This document shows, piece after piece, positions 1 to 9,333 of a DNA stretch of 64,000 bases. This stretch comes from a virus. Taxonomy: Duplodnaviria > Caudoviricetes. The translations under genes and the position numbers were made by a program. The stretch lies in IMG/VR virus record IMGVR_UViG_3300031784_000003; one strand, 5' to 3'. Within the stretch, counting starts at the first letter, position 1, and each line of letters starts with the position of its first letter. The notes beneath the pieces were generated by a model. That model was not told the DNA's origin, ran no database searches, and saw only the letters and a list, made by a program, of their open reading frames with translations.

Positions 1-333
1 AATAACCCAGTTTATAATGTAGGTAGTGGTACATTATCTGGCTCAACTTACGTTATCACATTAGATTTTAATAATAGTTCCATACAGACTGTAACATTAG
101 CAGGTAATACTCAATTTGCAACACCTTTAAATTATAAAGATGGTGCAATATATACGGTAATAGTTAAACAAAATGCTACAGGTGGTAATAACGTTAGTTG
201 GTTTACTCCTACATTTAAATGGGAAAATGGTACGTTTCCAGGAATTACAACAACTGCAAATGGTATTGATTTGATAACATTTATATCTGATGGAACATCA
301 TTGTATGGTTTATCAGCTAAAAACTTTAGTTAA
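1..333 (+). CDS. C-terminal end of a tail fibre/virion appendage protein (5'-partial)
   Basis: Frame +1 is open from base 1 to TAA at 331-333 (…TLDFNNSSIQTVTLAGNTQF…IVKQNATGGNNVSW…FKWENGTFPGITTTANGIDLITFISDGTSLYG…). This pattern is typical of phage fibre C-terminal beta domains. Not in the ORF track. Confidence 0.7.
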   Translation, partial: NNPVYNVGSGTLSGSTYVITLDFNNSSIQTVTLAGNTQFATPLNYKDGAIYTVIVKQNATGGNNVSWFTPTFKWENGTFPGITTTANGIDLITFISDGTSLYGLSAKNFS

Positions 334-338
334 TTTTT

Positions 339-1904
339 ATGATTACAATACCTTACGTATATAGAAAAGGGGTAACTGGTACTACAACAACTGATGTAGG
401 TGAGTTACCTGGAAAAATTTGTAACGTTAATCAAGCAATTTGGATGACGGCTAGAAGGGATACATTATCTGGTACTACAACAACACCAATACCACCTTGT
501 TTACAATGTATAACAACATGGAAAGATCAGTCAGTAAATACTGGTGTTAATAACGCAACGTTATTAAATAGTATTAGGGCAACGACACCAGGAACTAGTG
601 GTTTTCCGTGGTTTAATGTCGATTATTGGACTGGTGACACAACTACTAATAATAAACCATTTTTAAGTTTTGACTTAAAAAGTGCTAGTAGTGTTAATAG
701 ACCAAATTTTTTAGCAATTCCATACGATGCTTCGTTTTCTAAATTAACAAAACTTACTTTCTCAACACTTTTTAGATGTAGAAGAATAAACCCTAATATT
801 GTTACACAACCAGATGATGGTATTGGTGCCAATGTTGTTTTGTTCCAAAATGGAAACTCCACAACTGGTGCTAGAACAGATGGTTGGGGAATTGATATGG
901 GAGGTTCTAATGAATTGAGAGTTTGGTATTATGATAGTACCTCAACTGCGTCAGTTTGTGATTCCGCAGTTGCTAATTCAGTGATAGTACCAATAGTGGA
1001 CTGGACTGATTGGATGAGGTTAACTGTTAGAATTAGTGGGGGGACAATGCAAGCAAATATTTATAATTTAGAAAATTATCAAAGTAGTGGTAATACTTGG
1101 ATAAATGGTTGTAACAATAGTACAAACCCAGCTAGAGGTATAAAATATGGTAATATTTGGCCAAATAACCCAGATTGGTTCATTGCATCACAAAAAGGAC
1201 CTGGTTATCCAACGGCAGTTGGTGATCAAACAATTCTTAATGGTTCTTGGGATATGTTAGAATATGTATTATATGATGGTTGGTTATCTGACTCATGTGT
1301 TCAAACAATTTGGGATTATTACACGACACAATATAATTTTGCGAAAACAACTGGTAGTGCTAGTACATATACAGAAATAGGGACTACAGGAGCAACAGGT
1401 ACAACTACAACTGCACCACTTGATTTAAGTTACGACTATTATTGGAGTGGAATGATACTACCTCAGTCAACAATAAAAAAGGTTGGTGTTATAACAGAAT
1501 TACAATATTATATTGATAACTCACCTACTAATAATGTTTTAAATAATGTTAAAATATATTTAGGACACACCACTACTAGTGCATTTTCAACGGCAACTCC
1601 ATCCGAAAATTTAAGTGCATTAACAACTAATTGGACATTGGTTTATGATGGGACAGTAACATTTAATACATCACCAGGTTGGTCATCGATATCTTTACAA
1701 AATGGTTTTTACTATAATAATACTAAAAATTTATTAATTAAGTTTGAAAGTAGGGATGGGTCTCAAAGTTCGACAGGACAACCATCATTTAAATTTTCTG
1801 GGGCAACTAATACAATGGCATATAGTGGTCAAAGTGGATCTTACCCAACAGGTAACGGTGTTAGAAGTAGTAATAGACCTATCATAAAATTAGGTTTCTT
1901 ATAA
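339..1904 (+). CDS. LamG/concanavalin-like adhesin or fibre-associated protein
   Basis: Thr/Gly/Ser-rich with a LamG-type ending (GSWDMLEYVLYDGWLSDSCVQTIWDYYTTQYN). The C-terminal domain (NVKIYLGHTT…VYDGTV…GWSSISLQNGFYYNNTKNLLI) resembles domains of Bacteroidota surface proteins. Confidence 0.6.
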   Translation: MITIPYVYRKGVTGTTTTDVGELPGKICNVNQAIWMTARRDTLSGTTTTPIPPCLQCITTWKDQSVNTGVNNATLLNSIRATTPGTSGFPWFNVDYWTGDTTTNNKPFLSFDLKSASSVNRPNFLAIPYDASFSKLTKLTFSTLFRCRRINPNIVTQPDDGIGANVVLFQNGNSTTGARTDGWGIDMGGSNELRVWYYDSTSTASVCDSAVANSVIVPIVDWTDWMRLTVRISGGTMQANIYNLENYQSSGNTWINGCNNSTNPARGIKYGNIWPNNPDWFIASQKGPGYPTAVGDQTILNGSWDMLEYVLYDGWLSDSCVQTIWDYYTTQYNFAKTTGSASTYTEIGTTGATGTTTTAPLDLSYDYYWSGMILPQSTIKKVGVITELQYYIDNSPTNNVLNNVKIYLGHTTTSAFSTATPSENLSALTTNWTLVYDGTVTFNTSPGWSSISLQNGFYYNNTKNLLIKFESRDGSQSSTGQPSFKFSGATNTMAYSGQSGSYPTGNGVRSSNRPIIKLGFL

Positions 1905-1913
1905 TCATTTACA

Positions 1914-1945
1914 TTTGTTTTAACAGAAAAAAATTACTATATTTG
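1914..1945 (+). promoter_or_regulatory. Bacteroidota-type housekeeping promoter (-33 TTTG / -7 TAnnTTTG) for DNA polymerase
   Basis: TTTG at 1914-1917, a 20-nt spacer, then TATATTTG at 1938-1945; ATG at 1972. Confidence 0.75.
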
Positions 1946-1971
1946 TTTTAAATTTAATTTAAAGGAAAATT

Positions 1972-4797
1972 ATGCCCGCATCTGTAGATGATATTAAAGA
2001 ATATTTAGAAGGTTACGATGAACAAAAATATATTGTTGGTGTCGAATCTTCTTACTATGAGAATAAAGTATATCTTATTATACACGATCCTGAAACAGGT
2101 AAACGTATAGAAAAACACAAATTCACACCATTTTTATGGATGAAGAGTTTAGATTTAACTAAACTGTATGGTGGTGATAGAAAAGAAATCAAAACTAAAA
2201 TTAAAGAATATAAAATTAAATTTATCCCTTTATCAATAGAAGATGAAAGTGGTGAATCAGTTTCTCGTTTAGAAAATGGATATAAATTTTTAGTAAGATC
2301 AAAAGGTTCTTACGGAGATTTATTAAATTTCTTTAAGAAAGGTAAAATGGATGTGTATGCAGATGAAAATAGAGATAATTTTCTAACTGTAAGTCCTACC
2401 GAACAATTTCTTATCCAAACAGGTAAAAGATTATTTAAAGGTATGGATGAATATAATGATGTTCATAGACTTTCTTTTGACTTAGAGACAACTGGTTTAG
2501 ACCCTAAACATAGTAGAATATTTCAAATAGGGGTTAAAGATAATAGAGAATTCCAACATGTTCTATCTATCGATGGGGATGACGAAGAAACATTACTTAG
2601 AAGAGAGGCAGAGGCGATAACAACATTCTTTAAAATAATTCATTATTTAAAACCAGCAATTATTGCAGGTTACAATTCAGAAAACTTTGACTGGTATTTT
2701 ATTGCGGAAAGATGTAAAATATTAGGTTTAGATATTAGTAAGATTGCCAAAACATTAGGTAATGTTCCATTTTATAGAAAAACCCAAACACTTAAAATGG
2801 GTCCTGAGATGGAAAATTACGAACAAACTCACATGTGGGGTTATAATATAATGGATGTATATCACGCAGTTAGAAGAGCACAAGCAATTAATTCTTCTAT
2901 AAAAGAGGCAGGACTTAAATATATCACAAAATATTCTAAGGCAGCAAAACCTAATCGGGTTTATATACCTGGGGATAAAATAGGTAAGGTATACGCAGAT
3001 AAAGAAAATGAATATTGGTTAGATGATAATAATGGTAGTTGGGGTAAAGTTATAGATGACGAACAACCAGAAAACACTTTAAAAGTTAAAGGGTGTGATA
3101 TTGTAGAAAGATATTTAATTGATGACTTATGGGAAACAGAAAAGGTTGACAATATCTTTAATCAAGCAACTTTTTTATTATCTAAAGTTTTACCTACATC
3201 ATTTATGAGGGCTTCTACTATGGGTACTGCAGCAACATGGAAATTACTTATGTTAGGTTGGTATTACAGAAGTGGTATTGCTATCCCACATACTATGCAA
3301 TCAAAAGGTTTTATAGGTGGTTTATCTAGATTATTAGAAGTAGGTTTTAGTGAGAATGTTGTAAAGTTTGACTTCGCATCACTTTACCCATCCATTCAGT
3401 TAACCCATAATGTATTTACGGATTGTGATGTTATGGGTGCGATGAGAGGGTTGTTACAATATAACTATGATTACCGTAACCTATATAAAGAACTGAAGAA
3501 TAAATACGCATCAGAAGGTGATGAAGAAAAATCTGCATATTATGATAAGAAACAATTACCTTTAAAAATTCTTAACAATGGTATGTTTGGATCTATTTCT
3601 GCACCTAATGTATATCCTTGGGGTGATTCAGATATGGGTGAGAAGATTACATGTACTGGTAGACAATATCTAAGACATATGATTAGATTTTTCTCACATA
3701 AGGGTTTTAAACCATTAGTGGGGGATACCGATGGATTCAACTTCTCCGTCCCTAAAGATGTAGATAGATTCGTATATACATCAAATGGTAATCACCATTT
3801 CAATAAAATAGGTAAAACATATAAAGGTATGGCTGCAGTAGTTGCAGAATACAACGATAAATATATGAAGGGTGTTATGGGGTTAGATGTAGATGAGATA
3901 TGTGAGTCAACTATAAACTTAGCCAGAAAAAATTACGCAGATTTAATAGATGGAAAGGTTAAATTAGTAGGTAATTCTATAAAATCTAAAAAAATGCCTG
4001 TATATATTTCAGAATTTATAGATAAGGGTATTAGGTTACTTTTAGATGGGGATGGGTTAGGATTTGTAAATGAATATTATGAAACAATAGAAATGATTTA
4101 TAATCAAGAAATACCATTATCTAAAATTGCAAATAAGGCTAGAGTAAGAATAAGTTTAGATGCGTATAAAAAGAAAATGAAAACTACTAATAAATCTGGT
4201 GGTTCATTGGCTAGACAAGCTCATATGGAACTTATAATGAAAGAAAATTTAAATGTGAATTTAGGTGATACAATATATTATGTTAATGTAGGTACAAAAA
4301 AATCACACGGAGACGTTCAAACTAAAGCTCATAGTAAATTTACTAAAAAGGAAACTGAATTATATTATATTAATAATGGTAAAATGCCAGATCCTACTAA
4401 GATAGATATTATTGTAAATTGTAATTATATTCCAAATGAATTAATAGAAAACGATCCTAACGCAACTGGTGAATATAATATAGAAAGATATTTAGACGCA
4501 TTTAATAAAAGGGTTAAACCATTATTAGTGTGTTTCGATCCATCAGTAAGAGATGAGATATTAATTACATCACCATTAGAAAGAAAATATTTTACTTCAC
4601 AAGAATTGACATTAACTTCTGGCAAACCTTTCAATGAAAGTGATCAAGATAAGTTAGAAGATTTATTAACTATTACCGATGAAGAACTAGAATTTTGGAA
4701 TAGGATAGGTGTATCCCCAACTTATATGTTTGAAGATTACGGTATTGAGGATGAATTCTCATATGACATAAAAACCCAAAGGTCTATAAGTCAATGA
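1972..4797 (+). CDS. polB: Family B DNA polymerase with 3'-5' exonuclease
   Basis: ExoI DLETTG, ExoII YNSENFD, ExoIII YLIDD, motif A DFASLYPS, motif B KQLPLKILNNGMFG, motif C GDTDG. Confidence 0.97.
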   Translation: MPASVDDIKEYLEGYDEQKYIVGVESSYYENKVYLIIHDPETGKRIEKHKFTPFLWMKSLDLTKLYGGDRKEIKTKIKEYKIKFIPLSIEDESGESVSRLENGYKFLVRSKGSYGDLLNFFKKGKMDVYADENRDNFLTVSPTEQFLIQTGKRLFKGMDEYNDVHRLSFDLETTGLDPKHSRIFQIGVKDNREFQHVLSIDGDDEETLLRREAEAITTFFKIIHYLKPAIIAGYNSENFDWYFIAERCKILGLDISKIAKTLGNVPFYRKTQTLKMGPEMENYEQTHMWGYNIMDVYHAVRRAQAINSSIKEAGLKYITKYSKAAKPNRVYIPGDKIGKVYADKENEYWLDDNNGSWGKVIDDEQPENTLKVKGCDIVERYLIDDLWETEKVDNIFNQATFLLSKVLPTSFMRASTMGTAATWKLLMLGWYYRSGIAIPHTMQSKGFIGGLSRLLEVGFSENVVKFDFASLYPSIQLTHNVFTDCDVMGAMRGLLQYNYDYRNLYKELKNKYASEGDEEKSAYYDKKQLPLKILNNGMFGSISAPNVYPWGDSDMGEKITCTGRQYLRHMIRFFSHKGFKPLVGDTDGFNFSVPKDVDRFVYTSNGNHHFNKIGKTYKGMAAVVAEYNDKYMKGVMGLDVDEICESTINLARKNYADLIDGKVKLVGNSIKSKKMPVYISEFIDKGIRLLLDGDGLGFVNEYYETIEMIYNQEIPLSKIANKARVRISLDAYKKKMKTTNKSGGSLARQAHMELIMKENLNVNLGDTIYYVNVGTKKSHGDVQTKAHSKFTKKETELYYINNGKMPDPTKIDIIVNCNYIPNELIENDPNATGEYNIERYLDAFNKRVKPLLVCFDPSVRDEILITSPLERKYFTSQELTLTSGKPFNESDQDKLEDLLTITDEELEFWNRIGVSPTYMFEDYGIEDEFSYDIKTQRSISQ

Positions 4798-5901
4798 TTT
4801 ATTTAAATTTTCTGCCTCTAACGCTTTATTTTCTAGTTGTTTAACATTAGAAAGGTTAGTTAAACGCGCATCTAATTGTTCTAATAATTTTAACTGTTCT
4901 TCTTTACCTTCATTAAGTAAACTATCAAAATCCATAGTTAATTCAGCTTCAGGAACTTTTAATGCCCCACTAAATTTTCCCCTAACTCTACCTAAAGACT
5001 CTTTAAATAATGCGGTTAGATATCTTCTAACCCATATTCTTGTTGGTTCATTTAAATCTGAATATCTTAATTTAGATAAAGGTACATCATTAGGTAATTT
5101 TATAATATCAGGATTTTCTTCCAAACATTTATCTCTTTCATTATTAGAATCATAATAATGATACCATACTTTAGTACCTGCCAAACCTAATTGTCCGCCA
5201 ACTAAACCTGTTGATGCAAAAGATAATCTACTTCCTGGTATTGGCATAAGGTGTAATAATCTAGTCCCATTTGGTCCTGCAGTAACTTTATACGATAATT
5301 CACTTCTAAGTAATTTAGATTTAAGTTTAAAATCACTTGCTCTAAGTAAAACATCATATGCTGGTGCAACATAAAAACCACCATTACCTAATCCACCACC
5401 TTGACCCCAACCAGCGTAAGGTACTTGCCCAAATCCACCACCGAATCCATAATCACCAAATCCCGCAAACGAATATAGTGCGTGATCAATAGAACTTGGT
5501 GTTAACCAAAGTATTTCATTTAGTTCTCTACCCGCAGGAATTTGGTATACTTGTTGATTTTTTACTATTGTTACATAATCTTTTTTAAGTTCCCAAGGAC
5601 CTCTTTGTTGTAAACCAACTTGTTTAGAATACGCATAAGAAAAATTACTTTCGAAATCTAATGATCTTGTAGTTAATGCAAATGCGATATCTGTTTTATC
5701 AACTTCTTTACCTAATAAAGAAGACCATTGATTTTCAATTAACCAATCCTGAACTCTTTGTGCATAATCTTCTATTGCAGTCTCCAATAAAGAATTCATT
5801 TGATCCCAATCCAACTCTATTTTACGAATAGGTGCACCTAATCTATGTTTAATTTGAGTGAATAATTCATTTTTTAAGTTATCATTAAGAGAATTTGGCA
5901 T
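4759..5901 (-). CDS. gp13: Neck protein, T4 gp13-like
   Basis: N-terminal IKHRLGAPIRKIELDWDQ and C-terminal ALFKESLGRVRGKF…LLNEGKEEQ match the gp13 pattern. ATG at 5901 is preferred over TTG at 5907. Confidence 0.8.
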   Translation of the reverse strand: MPNSLNDNLKNELFTQIKHRLGAPIRKIELDWDQMNSLLETAIEDYAQRVQDWLIENQWSSLLGKEVDKTDIAFALTTRSLDFESNFSYAYSKQVGLQQRGPWELKKDYVTIVKNQQVYQIPAGRELNEILWLTPSSIDHALYSFAGFGDYGFGGGFGQVPYAGWGQGGGLGNGGFYVAPAYDVLLRASDFKLKSKLLRSELSYKVTAGPNGTRLLHLMPIPGSRLSFASTGLVGGQLGLAGTKVWYHYYDSNNERDKCLEENPDIIKLPNDVPLSKLRYSDLNEPTRIWVRRYLTALFKESLGRVRGKFSGALKVPEAELTMDFDSLLNEGKEEQLKLLEQLDARLTNLSNVKQLENKALEAENLNKSLTYRPLGFYVI

Positions 5902-5908
5902 AATCAAT

Positions 5909-5938
5909 ATATTTATATTATAAATATCTGATATTTAT
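5909..5938. promoter_or_regulatory. Back-to-back candidate late-promoter boxes between divergent genes
   Basis: ATATTTAT on the minus strand at 5920-5927 (19 nt before the gp13 ATG) and on the plus strand at 5909-5916 and 5931-5938. Confidence 0.5.
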
Positions 5939-5959
5939 TAAATGTAAAACAAAAAAATT

Positions 5960-6331
5960 ATGAAAGAAGAATTAGTTATAAAATTTGTAGGGATGCAACA
6001 ACAATTTAGAATGTTACATTGGCAAACTAAATCATATGCAAAACATAATGCTTATGGCGGAATATATGAATCATTAGATGGTTTAATAGATGAATTTATA
6101 GAAACTTATATGGGTAAGTATGGTAGAGTTACTTTTGAAAATGGTGAAGGTACTATCACATTAAAAAATACTGAATCGTTAGATTTAAATTCATTTATTA
6201 AGGAAAACATTTCTTGGTTAAAAGGTTTAACACAAAAACTAAATCCTGAAAACGATAGTGACTTATTAAACATTAGAGATGAAGTAATGGGTTCACTAAA
6301 TAAACTTAGATATCTATTAACATTAAAATAA
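5960..6331 (+). CDS. Small ferritin/Dps-like protein (DUF5856-like)
   Basis: LHWQT…KH…IDEFIE reproduces the Dps H-W/H/D-x3-E spacing in a four-helix protein. Confidence 0.7.
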   Translation: MKEELVIKFVGMQQQFRMLHWQTKSYAKHNAYGGIYESLDGLIDEFIETYMGKYGRVTFENGEGTITLKNTESLDLNSFIKENISWLKGLTQKLNPENDSDLLNIRDEVMGSLNKLRYLLTLK

Positions 6332-6708
6332 TGAAATTTAATGATCTACTAAAAGAAACCTTTGCTAATAAATTAGGTGACCCACTTAACGGTAGAGAAA
6401 ATGCTTGTTTTTCTTCTTTATATAAGGCACAACAGTTGTTAGTCGATGCACTTAGATTAATCGAAAACGCTTATCAAGAATGTGACGATGAAGAAAAAAG
6501 AGAGGAGATAATCGAATTCAAAAAAGATTTAATGCACGATTTTGGTCATAATGGAACAAACGGATTTGGTCACGATGAAGAAGATGGGGGAGAAAATGAA
6601 AATAACCTTATCAATAGAATTGCAAATTTTATCGATAAACATTCTCCAGAACACTGGGATTCTAATATTCATTTAGGCTCTAACCCAAACTATAAAAATA
6701 GAAATTAA
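6331..6708 (+). CDS. Hypothetical acidic protein
   Basis: 125-aa ORF coupled to the upstream gene (TAATG overlap); N-terminus MKFNDLLKE contains an L-x-E motif. Confidence 0.6.
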   Translation: MKFNDLLKETFANKLGDPLNGRENACFSSLYKAQQLLVDALRLIENAYQECDDEEKREEIIEFKKDLMHDFGHNGTNGFGHDEEDGGENENNLINRIANFIDKHSPEHWDSNIHLGSNPNYKNRN

Positions 6709-6974
6709 TCTTTTAATAAATGGTTTTTTACTAAAGAAACCGCCTCATCTATTGTCGTAAAAGATTTTTCTGGTACAAATGCAGTCCTATCAATTAAAAT
6801 TGCGGGTAAAAATTCATTATCTACTTTTTTAGAAAATGCGTCATATAATTTTTCATTTTCATCAATATCTAATTCTATAAAATTAATTTTGTTTTCTTTC
6901 AATTTATTCTTTAAATTTTCACAATGAGGACATCCTTTCATTGAAAATACTTTAACCTCTTTTTTAGTTTCCAT
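6705..6974 (-). CDS. Glutaredoxin (NrdH-like)
   Basis: KVFSMKGCPHCENLK with a CxxC motif and the cis-Pro region FLPAIL; 89 aa. Confidence 0.88.
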   Translation of the reverse strand: METKKEVKVFSMKGCPHCENLKNKLKENKINFIELDIDENEKLYDAFSKKVDNEFLPAILIDRTAFVPEKSFTTIDEAVSLVKNHLLKD

Positions 6975-8775
6975 TTTCTATCTTATTTAAAAATTCACTT
7001 ATTATATCATCTTCACCCATTATAGTTCCAATAACTTTCTTTTTATCATTCAATATATTCCATATTATAGTATCTATGGTTTCATCAATTAACATATAAT
7101 AAATATTAACAGTTTCTTTTTGTCCTATTCTATATGCCCTATCTTCTGCCTGTTCGTGATTTCCAGGTACCCAATCTAAAGAGTTCATTATTACAATCTC
7201 CGCCTTAGTTAAAGTTAAACCAACACCTGCAGCCTTTATTTGTCCAATAAAAACCATACAACTATCATCTTCTTGAAATCTATCAACAGAATGTTGTTTT
7301 TGTTTATCTGTCATACCACCTCTAACACAAACCGCTTTATTCCCAAAATGTTTTACAAATTCATCCATTTCGTCATTAAAGTTACAAAATATAATTACTT
7401 TTTTATTTAACTCTAACGCCTCTTCAGTTTTTTCAATAGTGTATGGTACAGTCTCCATTGCAATAAAAGTTCTTAATAAAGTAGTCTCAACTAAATCTTT
7501 TGCAGGATTTCCTTTCTTACCATCTAATTTACGTTTATTCAGATATTCATCCCATACATTTTGATACCCACCAACATTCTGTAATTCTAAATAAACAGGT
7601 GTTATCAATTTTTCAGGTAGATCTAAAACATCCTCTTTTTTTCTTCTAAGAATTGTTCTTCTTGTTTTTGACGATAACTCATCTAAATTAGATGCCCCTT
7701 TAGTGACCCATACAAATTTACCACCTTTTTTAAATCTCATACCATCACAATATGTTTTAGCGTAATGAACCCAATTATTCGCAACTGGTGAATCAATAAT
7801 AGATAGTAGATTATAATAATCCATAGGTCTATTCGCAATAGGTGTACCTGTTAACAACCAAACTCTAGAGTTATTAAAAGTTTTAGATATATCTTTTATA
7901 ATTTTACCTCTAATACTTTTATGGTTTTTTATGTAATGGGCTTCATCTAATATGATTAAATCAGGATTAAATTCTAACAATTCTCTACGTAATTCCCAAT
8001 CTTCATATTCCTTACCTCTTTCTTTTACAGTGTGAAAATTTTTTAAGATATCATAATTTATTATTGTAAATCTAGAAGGATCCCAATAAGTTCCATTTAT
8101 TATGGAAACATCGTTACAAAAATTTTCAACCTCTCTTTTCCAATTTATTTTAAGTGATGATGGGCAAATTATTAATACTCTTTCAGAATTACTCTCTAAT
8201 GCGGCTACTATTGATTGGTAAGTTTTACCTAATCCCATATCATCTGCTAAAATACATTTCTTATTATTTATAAGAAATTTTATTCCATCTTCTTGATGTT
8301 TAAACGCCTTCCATCCCCTCTTATCCAAATCCATATATTTATCAAAGTCAATATCTATATTTAACTCTTCATAATGTATATCATCCAAAAGTTGTGTTTT
8401 AGGTATCCACAATAATTTAAAATCATCTTGTTTTTTATGTAGTTTACATAAAACATGAATCGCCTTTTCCGATTCCGCCAATAATGTATCTATAAAAATT
8501 TTTTTTGGTAAAATTTTTAATTTATGTTCTTCTTGTAATTGTTCAGAAAAATAATCTGTTAATTCAATTACTTTATTAATAACTTTGGGTTCAAAATAAA
8601 AATAAGTTTTAATATAATTAGACTGACTATTAGTTAAAAAATAATTCTTTTCCGTCACCATTTTTTTCTTCATGTAACGGATATAAGGGTTTTTACCCTC
8701 ATAAGAAGACAATAAAATATCTACATCTAAATTGTTTATATCTTTAATATCTAACATATTTTCAATTATAGACAA
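6964..8775 (-). CDS. SNF2/SWI2-family helicase/ATPase (SMARCAL1/HARP-like)
   Basis: LADDMGLGKT, DEAH, LLTGTP, AAGVGLTL and QAEDRAYRIGQ motifs. Start is TTG 8775 or ATG 8757. Confidence 0.93.
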   Translation of the reverse strand: MSIIENMLDIKDINNLDVDILLSSYEGKNPYIRYMKKKMVTEKNYFLTNSQSNYIKTYFYFEPKVINKVIELTDYFSEQLQEEHKLKILPKKIFIDTLLAESEKAIHVLCKLHKKQDDFKLLWIPKTQLLDDIHYEELNIDIDFDKYMDLDKRGWKAFKHQEDGIKFLINNKKCILADDMGLGKTYQSIVAALESNSERVLIICPSSLKINWKREVENFCNDVSIINGTYWDPSRFTIINYDILKNFHTVKERGKEYEDWELRRELLEFNPDLIILDEAHYIKNHKSIRGKIIKDISKTFNNSRVWLLTGTPIANRPMDYYNLLSIIDSPVANNWVHYAKTYCDGMRFKKGGKFVWVTKGASNLDELSSKTRRTILRRKKEDVLDLPEKLITPVYLELQNVGGYQNVWDEYLNKRKLDGKKGNPAKDLVETTLLRTFIAMETVPYTIEKTEEALELNKKVIIFCNFNDEMDEFVKHFGNKAVCVRGGMTDKQKQHSVDRFQEDDSCMVFIGQIKAAGVGLTLTKAEIVIMNSLDWVPGNHEQAEDRAYRIGQKETVNIYYMLIDETIDTIIWNILNDKKKVIGTIMGEDDIISEFLNKIENGN

Positions 8776-8788
8776 TTTTTTCTTAAAA

Positions 8789-8809
8789 ATAAATATTTAT
8801 CTATAAATA
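8789..8809. promoter_or_regulatory. Palindromic pair of candidate late boxes between the SNF2 and gp14-like genes
   Basis: ATAAATATTTAT at 8789-8800 is a perfect 12-bp palindrome containing ATATTTAT on both strands. Confidence 0.5.
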
Positions 8810-8819
8810 GATTTAAGAA

Positions 8820-9332
8820 ATGCGTAAAGTACCGATAGAAAGATTGAACAAATTTTTTTCACAAGACGATTTTGAACTAGAGATTGATTTTGGAAGAGAG
8901 TGGTTAGAAGGGGACATTAACATAAAAGTAATTTTATATCGTGTTGATAGAACTGAAACTACCAATGACGATATATATGGTGAAGCGGGTAAAAATGAAA
9001 TAAGATTTAAACCACCAATAGAGTTATCAGTTAGTTTTAATTACGCACAACCAACTAATAAAAGTTATAATAGTGACGGATCTTTAAGAATATTAGAGAG
9101 AGGTAATGTAACATTAGGGATTTATCAAGATCAATTAGATGAATTAGGGGTTGACGTGAGTTATGGTGATTATATTGCCTATCCTGAAACTGAAACAAAA
9201 ATTAAATATTTTACTGTTGCAAATGATGGTAAAATGTTTTCAGATAATGCTCATACGATAGGTGGTTATAAAGGATTTTATAGAACAATAATATGTGTAC
9301 CAACTGACTTAGACGAATTTAACGGAATGTAA
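8820..9332 (+). CDS. gp14: Head closure/neck protein, T4 gp14-like
   Basis: DDIYGE…RFKPPIEL…GDYIAYPE pattern; lies directly before the gp15-like gene. Confidence 0.7.
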   Translation: MRKVPIERLNKFFSQDDFELEIDFGREWLEGDINIKVILYRVDRTETTNDDIYGEAGKNEIRFKPPIELSVSFNYAQPTNKSYNSDGSLRILERGNVTLGIYQDQLDELGVDVSYGDYIAYPETETKIKYFTVANDGKMFSDNAHTIGGYKGFYRTIICVPTDLDEFNGM

Positions 9333-9333
9333 A

